From an uncultured Methanosarcinaceae archaeon (GTDB lineage: Archaea > Halobacteriota > Methanosarcinia > Methanosarcinales > Methanosarcinaceae), in the NCBI GenBank assembly GCA_963847185.1, contig CAWJYV010000007.1, positions 879,853-943,852 on the forward strand: DNA of 64,000 nt, read 5' to 3'. The stretch's first letter is position 1. Each line of letters starts with the position of its first letter. Below the pieces are notes generated by a model, which ran no database searches, was not told where the DNA came from, and worked only from the letters and a program-made list of their open reading frames with translations. Shown piece after piece: positions 43,210 through 55,609 of the stretch. The position numbers were made by a program, and so were the translations under genes.

Positions 43210-43360
43210 TCATAAATCTCCTGATAAGAATCAATTGTATCTGAGAAATACTCGATAATCTTAAGCGATTTCGTTTTTCTGAATTTACTCTTTGCGGCCA
43301 GTCACAATGCTCCTGTTGCTAACCGAGGCTAACGATAATAGATGAAGTGCTTGATATAGA

Positions 43361-43600
<240 letters not shown>

Positions 43601-44022
43601 TTATGAATCAAGTCATTATCTATATCATTATAAATAGTTAATCCAGATTTAAACTGATCGCCGCGCTTAAATGTTTGATTATTTGAATCAAACTCGCAAA
43701 TACAATATATAAACTTATCGAAGAAATGTGCCATTTTTAATTTTTTTAAATACTTGAGTATTATCACGAATCACCCTTCAAGAACCCTTTGGAGGGGAAA
43801 GATACAATATCAATCAAGCACTTCCATCTCAGTAAGTCTAATAATATATTTCTGCAAATCGGTTTCTTCAGAGAAACCAGATAAAGTTCTACAACTGATT
43901 AATAAATTTTATGCAATTGCCCCCTCATAAGATAATAAAAGTTTCTTTGAAGGCATATTATTGAATTGACCAACATAGAAGAAAATAGTTTCGGAAGAAC
44001 TGAATAATAAAGAGACGAAAAT

Positions 44023-45366
44023 ATGACAGAAAATGCCCTGACAATAAGAAACCCTATTGTTATGACTATTGCAGGTTCAGATTCCGGAGGAGGCGCCGGT
44101 ATTGCTGCGGATTTGAAAACTTTTGCCGCTCTTGGGGTGCATGGGACCTTCGCCATTACATCTGTTACTGCGCAGAATACTACAGGTGTTATCGAGACCT
44201 TTGATCTTCCTCCCTCAGCTGTTGCTAGCCAGATGGATGCTGTCTGTGCAGATATGGATGTCAAATGGGCAAAAACCGGGATGCTCGCCTCGTCAGATAT
44301 CGTCAGAGAAGTTGCAAAACAGGTAAGAAAGCATGAGCTTTCCCTCGTACTTGACCCTGTAATGGCTGCTGAAGCCGGTGGGAGTCTGCTCCGAAAAGAA
44401 GCCCTTTCTGTTCTTATTGAAGAATTACTCCCTTTCTCTAAAGTTACCACCCCCAATGCATCTGAAGCTGGTGCAATTGCCGGTATGCCTGTCAAGACTC
44501 CTGATGATGCAAGAATTGCAGCCAGGAAAATAGCGGATCTTGGCGTCGAGGCTGTCATTGTTACAGGAGGGCATATTGATGCCACTGACCTGCTCTATGA
44601 AGCCAGTTCGGATACTTTTACCCGTATTCCTGGAGCTTTTGTCAAAGGAGGGACACATGGTTCGGGGTGTACTTATTCTGCTGCAATGACAGCCTTTCTT
44701 GCCTGTGGGAAAAAATTGGAAGTAGCAGCACAAGAATCAAAGAAATTTGTAGTTCAGGCAATCCTGAAGAGCCGGCCTGCAGGCAGGGGTGTAAGTCCGG
44801 TAAATCCATTGGGAGCAACCCTTGAGGAAAAAGAACGCTATCTGGCCTTGAGAGAATTAAAAGAGGCTGTTTCGATTCTTGAGGAGAACTCTGATTTTTC
44901 AAAACTTATACCTGAAGTAGGTTGCAATATAGGAATGGCAATTCCCGGTGCAGAAAGCTTTGAGGATGTTGCAGCCGTGGAAGGCAGAATTGTAAGACTC
45001 AGAGGAAGGGCAGTTCCTGTGGGTTGTACTGTTTTTGGAGCCAGCAGGCACGTCGCAAGAATTATCCTCTCTGCCCTTCGCTACGACCCTGAGATAAGAG
45101 CTGCAATTAATGTAAGGTATTCTGCAAAAAACCTCTCCTTATGTAAAGAAGCCGGACTCAGTGTTTCTTCCTTTGACAGAGATGAAGAACCTGAGAACGT
45201 CAGTACCATGGACTGGGGTACTGCCGAAGCTATCAAAAAATACGGAAGCGTACCGAAAGTAATTTATGATAAAGGGGGTGCAGGGAAAGAACCTATGATC
45301 CGCCTTCTTGGTAAAGATGCCGTTGAAGTAGCTAAGCTTGCTGTTAAACTCGCGGAAAAGTTATAG
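44023..45366 (+). CDS. thiD: bifunctional HMP/HMP-P kinase fused to ThiN thiamine-phosphate synthase (ThiDN)
   Basis: [19 protein letters not shown] and THGSGC; C-terminal [24 protein letters not shown]. Confidence 0.96.
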   Translation: MTENALTIRNPIVMTIAGSDSGGGAGIAADLKTFAALGVHGTFAITSVTAQNTTGVIETFDLPPSAVASQMDAVCADMDVKWAKTGMLASSDIVREVAKQVRKHELSLVLDPVMAAEAGGSLLRKEALSVLIEELLPFSKVTTPNASEAGAIAGMPVKTPDDARIAARKIADLGVEAVIVTGGHIDATDLLYEASSDTFTRIPGAFVKGGTHGSGCTYSAAMTAFLACGKKLEVAAQESKKFVVQAILKSRPAGRGVSPVNPLGATLEEKERYLALRELKEAVSILEENSDFSKLIPEVGCNIGMAIPGAESFEDVAAVEGRIVRLRGRAVPVGCTVFGASRHVARIILSALRYDPEIRAAINVRYSAKNLSLCKEAGLSVSSFDRDEEPENVSTMDWGTAEAIKKYGSVPKVIYDKGGAGKEPMIRLLGKDAVEVAKLAVKLAEKL

Positions 45367-45676
45367 TAATAAATAGCAAATCTGTAGCATTGTCTTGTAG
45401 ATCTGTCGTTTTGTAAAATCTATGCTGCGTATCTTAGTATATAGTCTGTAGGCTCTCAGCATAGTCATTTCGAGATCGTCCGTTTTAGAACCAGATTTTG
45501 GTTCTGCCTTTTTTTCTTTTTTATACTCAGGTTATCCATAAACAATCCATCTCTTTTAAAAATTTAGTTTATTAGAATGTATATAAGTGAGATGCAAAGA
45601 CTTAATCTGAAAAGCAAGTAACACTTAAATACGTCTAAGTACGATTTTGTGCATATACGACTTAAGGAGAAAATCT

Positions 45677-46975
45677 ATGGAACAGACAAAGATTATTTTA
45701 GACGAAAATGAAATGCCGAAGCAATGGTATAACGTCCTTTCAGACTTATCTTCTCCTATTGACCCTCCTCTTGACCCAAGGACCTGGGAGCCTATAAGCC
45801 CGGATGCACTTGAGCCAATTTTTCCGAAAGAACTCATCAAACAGGAGATGAGTGATCAGAGGTTTATCGATATCCCTGATGAAATCCTTGAAATATACAG
45901 GCTATGGAGGCCCAGTCCTCTCTTCAGGGCACACAGGCTGGAAAAAGTTCTCAAAACGCCTGCAAAGATCTACTACAAATACGAAGGTGTGAGCCCTGCC
46001 GGCAGCCACAAAACAAATACCTCCATTGCCCAGGCTTACTATAATATGAAAGAAGGAACAGAGAGGATTACAACTGAAACCGGAGCAGGGCAGTGGGGGA
46101 GCGCACTTTCGCTTGCTTGCAACTACTTCGATCTTGAATGCAAAGTCTATATGGTCCGTTCCAGCTACTATCAGAAACCTTACAGAAAATCTCTTATGAC
46201 AGTCTGGGGAGGAAATGTTGTACCTTCACCCAGTCCGGATACGGAATTCGGAAGAAAAATTCTTGAAGAGCAGCCAGATACTCCTGGAAGCCTGGGGATA
46301 GCGATCAGTGAAGCTGTAGAAGACGCGATTGCTCACGATAATACCAAATACTCTCTTGGAAGCGTGCTCAACCATGTTGTGCTTCACCAGACAGTAATCG
46401 GGACCGAGAGCAAAAAGCAGCTTGAACAGGTTGAAACCTACCCTGATATTGTTATAGGATGCTGCGGAGGCGGAAGCAACCTTGGAGGAATATCCCTTGA
46501 GTTTATTAAAGACAGAATTGAAGGAAAAGGCAATACAAGAGTTATTGCAGTCGAACCTAAATCATGCCCTACTCTGACAGAAGGAGAGTACAAATATGAC
46601 TTTGGGGACACAGCTGAAATGACCCCACTTCTAAAAATGTATACTCTGGGCCATAAATATACGCCTCCTGCTATCCATGCAGGTGGACTTCGCTATCATG
46701 GAGACTCTCCAATAATAAGTAAGCTTTGTGCAGAAGGGCTTATTGAAGCTGTTTCATATGACCAGTATCCTGTATTTGATGCAGCTGTGCAGTTTGCCAG
46801 GACTGAAGGTATAGTTCCTGCTCCGGAATCATCTCATGCTATCCGCTGTGCAATCGATGAAGCCCTCAAGTGCAGACAGACTGGAGAAGAAAAGACAATT
46901 CTATTTAATCTGAGCGGGCATGGGCACTTTGATATGAGCTCATATGACAAATATTTTAGCAAAGAGCTTGTCTGA
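45677..46975 (+). CDS. trpB2: TrpB-like PLP enzyme (tryptophan synthase beta type 2)
   Basis: [42 protein letters not shown]; AAGGAG RBS. Confidence 0.95.
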   Translation: MEQTKIILDENEMPKQWYNVLSDLSSPIDPPLDPRTWEPISPDALEPIFPKELIKQEMSDQRFIDIPDEILEIYRLWRPSPLFRAHRLEKVLKTPAKIYYKYEGVSPAGSHKTNTSIAQAYYNMKEGTERITTETGAGQWGSALSLACNYFDLECKVYMVRSSYYQKPYRKSLMTVWGGNVVPSPSPDTEFGRKILEEQPDTPGSLGIAISEAVEDAIAHDNTKYSLGSVLNHVVLHQTVIGTESKKQLEQVETYPDIVIGCCGGGSNLGGISLEFIKDRIEGKGNTRVIAVEPKSCPTLTEGEYKYDFGDTAEMTPLLKMYTLGHKYTPPAIHAGGLRYHGDSPIISKLCAEGLIEAVSYDQYPVFDAAVQFARTEGIVPAPESSHAIRCAIDEALKCRQTGEEKTILFNLSGHGHFDMSSYDKYFSKELV

Positions 46976-47096
46976 AAAATCTAAAAGAAGTCAAATTGCA
47001 AATGAAGAAACAGATCTTAAAAATAGACCTTAAAGAAACAGATCTTGGAGAATAGAGTTTACTGTAGAGACTAGATTTCCAGCTCGCGTTGCGCTT

Positions 47097-47188
47097 CCCG
47101 AGTTTCGCTTCCAGTGCTGGCATCTCCCGAGTTTCGCTTCGGGAGCACGAGGTCCTTTTCGCTTCGCTCAAGAGGACTAACTTATGGG
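47097..47188. repeat. REP-like palindromic repeat (same family as 16143-16396)
   Basis: CCCGAGTTTCGCTTC twice, then GGGAGCACGAGGTCCTTTTCGCTTCGCTCAAGAGGACTAACTTATGG; between convergent genes. Confidence 0.85.
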
Positions 47189-47385
47189 CACAGTTTTTCC
47201 GCGTTTTCCGCGGTTAAAGAAACAAAAGCATATTTTTTCTGTGTCCTTGAAGTGAGGAAACTTTAATTTTTCTGGCGCATGTAGGCTTTTCTCCACAAAC
47301 TGGAGTAAAGTTTAAAAATTTATGTCAAAAACTATAATTTGTTTCCCTCAGTTACTTGCTATAGGGAGAAAAGCTATTTATTAAA

Positions 47386-47799
47386 TCAGTCTGAATCAAA
47401 TTGTCTTCTGTTCAGAATATAAGAGACCATCTTCGAGTTAAGCTTATGTTCTTTTGCTACCTTTTCTACAATTTTTTCAGCGGGAATACCTTCAGCTTTC
47501 AGGTTTCTTATCTTCATTATTATGGAGGGTGGGACAGTATAGTATTCGGTAATATCTTTCCTGTGCCCCCATACATCCCCTTCCACTAACTGGACTTTTT
47601 GCATCTCCAAATATATTTCTATAGCTTTTGAAATAGTTTTTTTATATGATTTGGGGATCTGGATTACTTCCAGTTTAGGACAGGTTTCAACAAGCAGAAA
47701 AATGTCTTGATTTGATGGTCTGAAAGCAAGGTGAGAGACCTTTTCATTCGGATTCAGTGAAAGAATTTCATTTCTTGAACTTATAACTCTTATCTTCAT
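47386..47799 (-). CDS. DUF1699-family protein, paralog 1
   Basis: MKIRVISSR, HLAFRPSN, EGDVWGHRKDITEYY. Confidence 0.88.
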   Translation of the reverse strand: MKIRVISSRNEILSLNPNEKVSHLAFRPSNQDIFLLVETCPKLEVIQIPKSYKKTISKAIEIYLEMQKVQLVEGDVWGHRKDITEYYTVPPSIIMKIRNLKAEGIPAEKIVEKVAKEHKLNSKMVSYILNRRQFDSD

Positions 47800-48388
47800 A
47801 CAAATCCCCTACCCTCGCCTACTAAAAAACTAATAATCTAACTTATTCTACTTCCTTTAAATGTTTTTCTACATATACTCCACAAATTCTTCAGATTCTT
47901 CAAAAATACTTGAAAAAGAAGGCAAAGTATATTAGCAAAATTCTTATGGAAACTATAAGCATTTCATAATAAAAACTAAGTAAATGTATTTACGTCGTAG
48001 TGTTTACAAATTGAAGCCCTGAAAATTTAGAAAACAATTTTTAAGAGAAGAAATTATGAAGAAAATTTGGAATTTATATGAGTTAATCTTTTTAAATTTT
48101 CTTTCTACTAAAATAATATTTCTCAGAAAATTTTTCCAAAAGAATAATCAAATCTTTGTCTGATTATAAATATTAATTTCTTTCTGGGTCTTTAGAAAAG
48201 CTTAGACAAATACAGAGAAATATATTTTCGGATGAAAGTTCCAATCTGGAATTCCATCCTCAAAAAAGAAAGTCTGGATTTTACGGAAAAGTTTTAAGAT
48301 CTTTCTCTGAAGAGATATCCACTATCCTGTTGCTTTCTCATAGTATAGTTTTAAAGCAGGATGTTTTAATGCCTGAATGAACGATAGG

Positions 48389-48796
48389 TCACTCTACAGT
48401 TCTTTTACTCAGAATATAGAGAATCATATCTGAATTTAATTTGCTTTCTCGAGAAAGCTTTTCAGCAATGATATCATTGGATACACGGTCGGCTTTTAAT
48501 TCCTGAATCTTTTCCAGCACGTTTTGAGAGACATTGTAATACTCGTTTATATCCTTCCTGTGTCCCCAGACATCCCCTTCCAGAAGATTTATTTTCTGCA
48601 TATCCAGAAACATTTCTATTGACTTTGATACAGTCCTTCTGTAAGATTTGGGAAGCTGTATTGCTTCAATTTTCGGACATGTCTCCGCAAGCATGAATAC
48701 GTCTCTGTTCGATGGTCTGAAAGCAAGGTGAATAACCTTCTCGTTCGGATTCAAGGTAGGAATTTCCTCACGTGAACTAACTACTCTTATCTTCAT
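48389..48796 (-). CDS. DUF1699-family protein, paralog 2
   Basis: MKIRVVSSR, HLAFRPSN, EGDVWGHRKDINEYY. Confidence 0.88.
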   Translation of the reverse strand: MKIRVVSSREEIPTLNPNEKVIHLAFRPSNRDVFMLAETCPKIEAIQLPKSYRRTVSKSIEMFLDMQKINLLEGDVWGHRKDINEYYNVSQNVLEKIQELKADRVSNDIIAEKLSRESKLNSDMILYILSKRTVE

Positions 48797-48898
48797 AATA
48801 ACCCCCACTCATATTTTAAGAATTAAATTTTAATTTATTTAAATATCGAATTTTGTTTATGCATTTGCATTTTAAATACATATCGATTAGCCAAAACA

Positions 48899-50200
48899 TT
48901 ATTTATGGGGTTTGTACCCAAAACGAGTTCTAATAGCATCTGCATGTGCCTTTAAACCCTCTTCCTCGGCTAATGCGATTATAGTTTCTTTTAAACTTTC
49001 AAGCCCGCTCTTATTGATTTTCTGTATACTAGAGTACTTTATAAAGTGGTTAATGTTAAGACCTGAGTAAGTTCTGGCATATCCGGCCGTGGGAAGTACA
49101 TGATTGGTGCCGGAAGCATAATCTCCTACAGGGACAGGAGCGTAGTTCCCTACAAAAATCGAGCCTGCATTTTTTATTCTGTCGAGGACAAAATCCGAGT
49201 CAGAGACCATAATTTCCAGGTGTTCGGGAGCGAATTTATTGCTAAAGCCAATACATTGTTCCAGGGAATCTGCAATAAGAATTGCAGAGTTTTCAAGAGC
49301 TGCCTTTACAATGCTGTTTCTTACAGCCTGTTCAGCCTGGACAAGCACTTCTCTTTTTACAGTTTCTGCCAGAGCCTGTGAGGGAGTGATAAGTATTGAG
49401 ACTGCACTCGGGTCGTGTTCGGCCTGGGCTATAATGTCTGATGCAGCCATAGTAGCATCTGCCGACTCGTCTGCAATAATAAGCACTTCACTTGGGCCTG
49501 CAGGGAAGTCTATCTCTACAACGTCCCTTACCTGCATTTTGGCAGATGTGACAAAAACGTTTCCTGGACCTACGATTTTGTCCACCTTCGGGACAGTTTC
49601 AGTCCCATAAGCCATGGCTCCGATGGCCTGCACACCTCCTAACTTGAAGACTTTATCAGCTCCTGCAACCTTTGCAGCAATAAGTGTCAGTGGGTGTACA
49701 GAACCATCAGCTCTCGGAGGTGTACATACTATAACCTGTTCAACTCCTGCAACTCTGGCAGGGATTACAGTCATCAGCACTGTTGAGGGATAGGAAGCCC
49801 TCCCTCCTGGAGCGTAGGCACCCACACTTTCCAGAGGTGTTGCTTTCTGACCCAGTATAATCCCAGGTTTAAGCTCCATGAACCAGATAGGCTCGGGAAG
49901 TTGAGCCTCATGAAAAGCCCGAATGTTTGCAGCTGCGGATTTGAGGTGATCCAGAAGTTTCGGATCGACGCAAGAAAGGGCCTTTTCAAACTCCTCTTCA
50001 CTTACCTCAAAATCTGCAAGTTCAACTTTATCAAATTTAGACGTATACTCTCTAAGTGCGGCATCTCCTTTAATGCGCACATCCGAAAGTACAGATGAAA
50101 CGGTTTTCGCTACGTCTTCAAGTCCGGATCCCCGGGAGAGCACTTTCTGCATTTCATTTTCCGAAATATCAGACAATTTTTTGAATAACATGATAACCAT
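48899..50200 (-). CDS. hisD: histidinol dehydrogenase
   Basis: [58 protein letters not shown]. Confidence 0.98.
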   Translation of the reverse strand: MVIMLFKKLSDISENEMQKVLSRGSGLEDVAKTVSSVLSDVRIKGDAALREYTSKFDKVELADFEVSEEEFEKALSCVDPKLLDHLKSAAANIRAFHEAQLPEPIWFMELKPGIILGQKATPLESVGAYAPGGRASYPSTVLMTVIPARVAGVEQVIVCTPPRADGSVHPLTLIAAKVAGADKVFKLGGVQAIGAMAYGTETVPKVDKIVGPGNVFVTSAKMQVRDVVEIDFPAGPSEVLIIADESADATMAASDIIAQAEHDPSAVSILITPSQALAETVKREVLVQAEQAVRNSIVKAALENSAILIADSLEQCIGFSNKFAPEHLEIMVSDSDFVLDRIKNAGSIFVGNYAPVPVGDYASGTNHVLPTAGYARTYSGLNINHFIKYSSIQKINKSGLESLKETIIALAEEEGLKAHADAIRTRFGYKPHK

Positions 50201-50234
50201 CTCTGAAAGAACCTGGAAGTATCTTACAAATTAA

Positions 50235-50347
50235 ATCTCAAATTGAAATCCTGTATCTTATGTAAACTGATCTCAAATTCGAAATTCCATAATTTTATGT
50301 GAACTGGTCTCGAATTTGAAATTCCATAATTTTATGTGAGCTGATCT
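50235..50347. repeat. degenerate ~37-bp tandem repeat, 3 copies, upstream of hisD
   Basis: ATCTCAAATT-GAAATCCTGTATCTTATGTAAACTG / ATCTCAAATTCGAAATTCCATAATTTTATGTGAACTG / GTCTCGAATTTGAAATTCCATAATTTTATGTGAGCTG; no spacers. Confidence 0.85.
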
Positions 50348-50412
50348 GTGAGAATTTAATTTCATTAAACCCCTGCTTTCATTTAATATTTTATCCCTGA
50401 AGAATCATTTAT

Positions 50413-50997
50413 GTTCCTATTCTAATCGGTTGATATTATTCTGAATTCGAATCTGGAATCCTTTTCTGACTCTGCTTTTTGAAGGGCTGACCTGTCTCTT
50501 CTGCAATACAAAAGAATAGCAGCTGAATTCATACAGTTACCAGAATAAACTGAATTCCTAACAGTCTTCCCTGTCTGAAGAGAACACATTTCTTGACTCT
50601 GGGATTTCACAAAAATTCACATATAAATATTAGCGCCTCCGCCAGCTTGACTGGCGGCCCTGTAAAAGAAGCGGAAAAAGAAGCAGAAAGTTATCCCTTT
50701 CTCCTTTCACTTTTATATATTAGTTCCTTGAAGATTAGGTACAGGTCGTTTTTATTTGCTGGGTTATTTATATTCTTGGTATGGAAGTACTTTCGAGTAC
50801 TTTCATATTTTTATGTCCGGTATTCGAAGATTTCCTGTGACTTTTTTCATTTAGGAGATAACCGCTCTCCTGCGTCGAGCGTGACAAGAAAGACACAGTA
50901 TGGCTAATAGGGATGTAAGGGGCAAAATTTAGGAGTAGAATCAGAATTGTTTTTTTAAAAAATAGCAACCATATAAAGGCGAACGACCAAAAAGATA
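50413..50997 (-). repeat. ~590-bp dispersed structured repeat, copy A (inverted relative to copy B)
   Basis: Reverse complement aligns collinearly with 58295-58890, e.g. TTCTTGTCACGCTCGACGCAGGAGAGCGG, CAGGGCCGCCAG-CAAGCTGGCGGAGG, GAATTCAGTTTATTCTG-TAACTGTATGAATTCA, ATCAACCGATTA. Confidence 0.92.
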
Positions 50998-51009
50998 GTG
51001 GGAGTAGAC

Positions 51010-53198
51010 TTAGTAGTCATTGATCGTTCTTTGTCTGGCAGAAGAGTCTTTTCCAGAGGCTTTAGAATCAGAATCTCAAAAATTGCTTCTCTTCTTCCAA
51101 TCTGCTTAAAAATTCTTTCCGCAATCTTCGGTCCTAAGAGGGCAGCTACTTTTTCCGGCGCAGCACCTGCGAGGTCTGCTGTAGACCTGAAGCCTGCTTC
51201 GTAAAGTTTTCTTGCCCTTACGCGTCCTATACTTCTTATATCAAGCAATTCCATCAATTCCGGGCCTGCTCCGTAATGAATCCTTTTTTCAAGTTCTGAA
51301 GCTTCTTTCATTCCCTTAAGATCGAGGAGTCTGGCAAGCTGGGTGGTCACATGCATAATCCATTCGGAAATATCCGCAATTGCATGAATATCACCTTCCC
51401 CTATACCAAACTTTGAGCAAATATCGTTTTCAGATTTTTCATGGATCCAGTCAAGGAGGAGAAGAGAAGTTTTTACTTCTCCGAGGAACCATTCATATTC
51501 CGTAATATTGAAAGGACTCGGAACCTTTACGAAATCGCCCGTATGTGCCATTACATAATCATTGATATCCTGATAATCCTGGCTTCGCATATAGAGCAGA
51601 CGCATGTCAGGTGTGCTGCAGACAAGATGTAACAGAGTAAGCTCTGTAAGAGTTTCTGCTTCTCTAAGCCCTTTCACAATGAGAGCGGCAGAAAGAGGGT
51701 CGAGATAGAGTTTCGAGACAAGTTTTCCAAAACCTGTAGGAATAAGGGCTTCGGAATCCTCAAGCATTCCTTCTTTTCTCAAAAAGCCAAGGCATTCCTC
51801 CACAACCGTAGAAAGTCCAAAGTTCGAATACTGAAAAGCAAAAAATGTTGCCTCCAGAAACTCCATGAGTTCTTCCTTTGTCCGTGCAAAACCATTGGAG
51901 ATCGTAGAAAGCACATGAGTTCTTAGAGCAGTTTCTGTCCCTAGTTTGGACCAGATATCTTCTGCTTCTGCTTCTATGTAATTCTCAAAAAGAAAAACAA
52001 ACTCTTCGTAGGATTTGGCAAGAAGCACAGCTTCTCCATAAGGGTCAAGTCTGGGCCTTCCTGCTCGGCCTGCCATTTGCTTGTACTCAAGCACAGGAAT
52101 AGGCTGCATCCCGCCTTCAGAAGAATAGCGCCTGTAACTTCTGATAATTACCCTCCTGGCAGGCAGGTTGAGCCCTGCTGCAAGAGTTGGAGTACTTGAG
52201 ATGAGTTTTATCCTGCCTGACCTGAAACCATCTTCCACAAGTTCCCTTAAAGGCGTGGTGAGCCCAGCATGGTGAAAAGCTGTTCCAGAGCGGATGCAGG
52301 TCGCAAGAGTTGTAGAAGCGTCCGTTTCACTGTTTTCGAGCACCTCATCTGCAATTCCGTCAAGAGCTTCTTTATCTGCTGCAGAGAGTGTCTTTTTAAC
52401 TGTTGAAGCTGCTTTCTTTGCAAAAGCCATACAGTTTTTCCTGCTGCTTTCGAAAACAAGGCACTGGCCACCCTCCTGAAGAGTATCCAGGACAAGGTTT
52501 ATGGCTTCGTCTTTTGTGGTTTGTTTAACGGGGTTTTCTTTGTCCTTACAGTAGAACGTCCCATTAAGAAACACTCCCTCCATAAGCTCTGTAGGTCTCC
52601 ATTCGCTTACCACAAGTTCGGCTTCCATCCAGGCTGCAAGTTCATCTGCATTCCCCACAGTTGCAGAGAGCGCAAGGATCTGGCAGGAGGGATTCATTTT
52701 CCGGAGCTTTGTGAGAGTAACTTCAAGTGTGGGCCCCCTGTCCGCAGAATCTATAAGGTGTACCTCATCTGCCACAAGAACTGAAATTTCCTGCATCCAG
52801 GAAGTCTCGTTCCTGAGCAGAGAATCGGTTTTTTCAGATGTAGCTACGATAATGTCGTTTACTCCAAGACCCTCATCCCGTTGATCATAATCGCCAGTTG
52901 AAATTCCGACTTTGATCCCGAATTTGGAAAACTCTCGAAACCTCTTGAATTTTTCAGAAGCCAGAGCTCTGAGAGGCACTATATAGAGCGCCTTCCCTCC
53001 TGCCAGGATAGACTTCAACATCGCAAGTTCGGCAAGCAGAGTCTTCCCTGAGGCAGTCGGGATTGCAGCCAGCAAATTTTTTCCTTCAAGCAGGCCCTTT
53101 TCAACTGCCTCTGCCTGAGGCGGGTATAATTCCAGAATCTCGGAGTCCAGATAAAAATGCTTTATTTCGTCGGGCAGATCGAGACTTTCTATCTTCAT
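51010..53198 (-). CDS. hel308: Ski2-like SF2 DNA helicase Hel308/Hjm, with a probable 1-nt frameshift near the 3' end
   Basis: [43 protein letters not shown]. Restoring one base near 51070 gives the tail [20 protein letters not shown] ending at 51010; the uncorrected ORF runs into the repeat to 50955. Confidence 0.96.
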
Positions 53199-53280
53199 TG
53201 AAACAAGAACCTCTCACATAAGATAAAAAGCTATTTTGAAACTCGTATGAGGGCTGAAAGCTTAATGTTCTGAAAATTCG

Positions 53281-53334
53281 GGTTCCAAAAAACTTTGGTT
53301 TCCAAAAACTTGGTTTCCAAAAACTTTGGTTCCC
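53281..53334. repeat. ~16-bp tandem repeat, 3 copies, in the rli-hel308 spacer
   Basis: GGTT(T)CCAAAAA(A)CTT(T) repeated. Confidence 0.8.
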
Positions 53335-53378
53335 TTTTTCAGGGAGCCAAAGAATTTCTCTATATTAAAATAGAACTT

Positions 53379-55145
53379 TCAGTTGCCTGCTGAGTAATAG
53401 TAATTCCCACTTTCTTTCTGTTCCCTGTCAAGCCTTGAGCCCAGGTTATTTACGCGGGGACGCCTTGTCTCCTCGTCTCTCCTGAAAGTTATTCCCAGGT
53501 TTTTCAGGAATTTGTTCATGCCTGTTTCCATGCTGAACGGACCGTGGGCTTCACCGTATACAGACGGTTTGCCTTCAAAAACCATCAGGCGCTGGCTCAG
53601 CAGGTCTATCATATATATATCGTGATCCACAACCATAGCTGTTTTCTGGTTGTTTTCTGCAAAACGGTTCAGGACTTTAGTGACCATGGAACGCTGCTCC
53701 ACATCCAGGTGGGCGCTTGGCTCGTCCAGAATATAGAAATCGGCTTCATGAGAAAGGCAGGCGGCAATTGCTACTCTCTGCAGTTCTCCGCCACTCAGGT
53801 CAGTAAGCAGGCTGTCATAGATTTTTTCAAGCTGGAGCGGGTTTGAGATCTCAACCTCATAATAACTGGTGCCGAATCGCTTTGAAATGCCGCGCAGGAA
53901 GTCCTGTACACTCACAGGTGTATCAGCTTTAATGTACTGGGGCTTGTAAGAGATTTTTACATCTATTCCGGGATCTCCTTCATCAGGCTTTATTTCTCCT
54001 GCAAGGATCTTTACGAAGGTTGATTTTCCTATCCCGTTAGGACCCATTATTCCCAGCACTTCACCTTCTCTAAGGTTCCCGCCTGTAGCTTTAAGGGAAA
54101 ATCCGTCTCCAAACTTCTTTGAAAAGCCGTTGAAGGTAACCGCGGATCTAATCTGCGATTCTTCTCTTGGAGGATGAATCTCAAACTTAATGGCTTCAGG
54201 CCGGATTCTGATGTTTTCTTCCGGAAGGTAACCTTTAAGGTACTGGTTAATTCCTACACGTACGCTTTTAGGAAGTGTAACCACACCGAAACCTGTGGGT
54301 TCTCCGTAGGCAATATGAATTACATCTGCAAGCATATCCAGAACTGCAAGGTCGTGCTCTACTACAAGTACGGCTCTTTCCTTTGAGATACTCTGGACTA
54401 AGCGGGCGACATTAATTCTCTGGTAGATATCCAGGTAAGGACTGATTTCGTCAAAGAAGTAAAACTGGGCATCTCTTGCCGCACAGGCCGCAATTGCCAC
54501 CCTCTGAAGCTCTCCACCGCTTAACTCCGATATCTTCCTGTCAATTACTCCTTTCAAATCAAGGTAGTCGACGAGCTCATTCATAACTCCTCTTTCGTCG
54601 GTTTTTTCGAGCAGTTCGGAAGTTTTGCCTTTGAAAGCTTTAGGAATCAGGTCAACATACTGAGGCTTCTGGGATACCTTGACTTTTCCGTCCACTACAG
54701 CCTTGAAGTAATCGTAGAGTGCTGTGCCTGCATAGTGCTCGAGTACCGTGTCCCAATCCCCTTTTCCATGCCCAAAGTTAGGAATCAGGGTTCCGGAAAG
54801 TATCTGGACCGAGGTACTTTTTCCTATTCCGTTAGGGCCAAGAATCCCTGTCACTTTCCCTATTCTAGGTACAGGCAGTCCAAAAAGGGCGAAGCCGTTT
54901 GTGCCGTACCTGTGTGTGGGTCCTTGCAGCGCTTCAGGAAGTCCTATAATCATTATAGCTTTAAAGGGGCATTTGTTAATGCAGATCCCACAGCCCACGC
55001 AAAGCTCTTCGGAGATTACGGGTTTTCCATCCTCCGCAAAAACAATTGTCTCATCCCCGGTCCGAACCCTGGGGCAGAACTTTTCACACTCTTTACTGCA
55101 CCTTCTGGGCTGACATCTGTCTTTATTAAGTATAGCTATTCTCAT
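53379..55145 (-). CDS. rli: ribosome recycling ATPase ABCE1/RLI
   Basis: N-terminal 2x[4Fe-4S] (CQPRRCSKECEKFCP, CVGCGICINKCP); two ABC domains with GPNGIGKS and LSGGELQR; RPRVN hinge. Confidence 0.98.
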   Translation of the reverse strand: MRIAILNKDRCQPRRCSKECEKFCPRVRTGDETIVFAEDGKPVISEELCVGCGICINKCPFKAIMIIGLPEALQGPTHRYGTNGFALFGLPVPRIGKVTGILGPNGIGKSTSVQILSGTLIPNFGHGKGDWDTVLEHYAGTALYDYFKAVVDGKVKVSQKPQYVDLIPKAFKGKTSELLEKTDERGVMNELVDYLDLKGVIDRKISELSGGELQRVAIAACAARDAQFYFFDEISPYLDIYQRINVARLVQSISKERAVLVVEHDLAVLDMLADVIHIAYGEPTGFGVVTLPKSVRVGINQYLKGYLPEENIRIRPEAIKFEIHPPREESQIRSAVTFNGFSKKFGDGFSLKATGGNLREGEVLGIMGPNGIGKSTFVKILAGEIKPDEGDPGIDVKISYKPQYIKADTPVSVQDFLRGISKRFGTSYYEVEISNPLQLEKIYDSLLTDLSGGELQRVAIAACLSHEADFYILDEPSAHLDVEQRSMVTKVLNRFAENNQKTAMVVDHDIYMIDLLSQRLMVFEGKPSVYGEAHGPFSMETGMNKFLKNLGITFRRDEETRRPRVNNLGSRLDREQKESGNYYYSAGN

Positions 55146-55560
55146 AATCGTCCCCAAAATCACATTTTTTTCTTTAATTTGTTAATAAAATTTCTCGTGA
55201 AATATCTGCCAAGATTTAATGAAACGCCTGTTATAATTGAAGCGCCACTATGTAAATATTTTTTCCCTATTTGTGAGGGCAGTTCTCACAGCAAAGAAAT
55301 ATGACAATGCGATGAATATCAATTGAATGGATGCTGATAGGCGTGCTATGTATATACTGCACTTTATTCAACAGAGTTCAGTACAGCAGTCACCGGTTAT
55401 GAAATACCTTATCTGGTATATGAATTATTGGACTGCTATAATGCATAAAACATCAGTTATGCAGGGTTTTCACGAATCAAATGGACAAAAGTCAATTGTA
55501 AAAAGAAACCGGGTAAAAAGGCTTTCGATTTGAGAAATACCTTTTTACGGTTCAGGAAAA

Positions 55561-55608
55561 GAAGACCTCAGTTAAGCAAGAGAAGACCCCAGTTAAGCAA
55601 GAGAAGAC
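55561..55608. repeat. 21-bp tandem repeat, ~2.3 copies, abutting a stop codon
   Basis: GAAGACC(T/C)CAGTTAAGCAAGA twice, then GAAGAC. Confidence 0.8.
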
Positions 55609-55609
55609 T

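Noticed and set aside
50235-50347. 37-bp repeats containing GAAAT, considered as a CRISPR array
   Set aside because: The units are head-to-tail with no unique spacers, are degenerate, and no cas genes are present.
55327-55533. 68-aa + strand ORF in the gap before rli
   Set aside because: No RBS or motif, and opposite to the surrounding genes; I also saw no convincing RNA structure.
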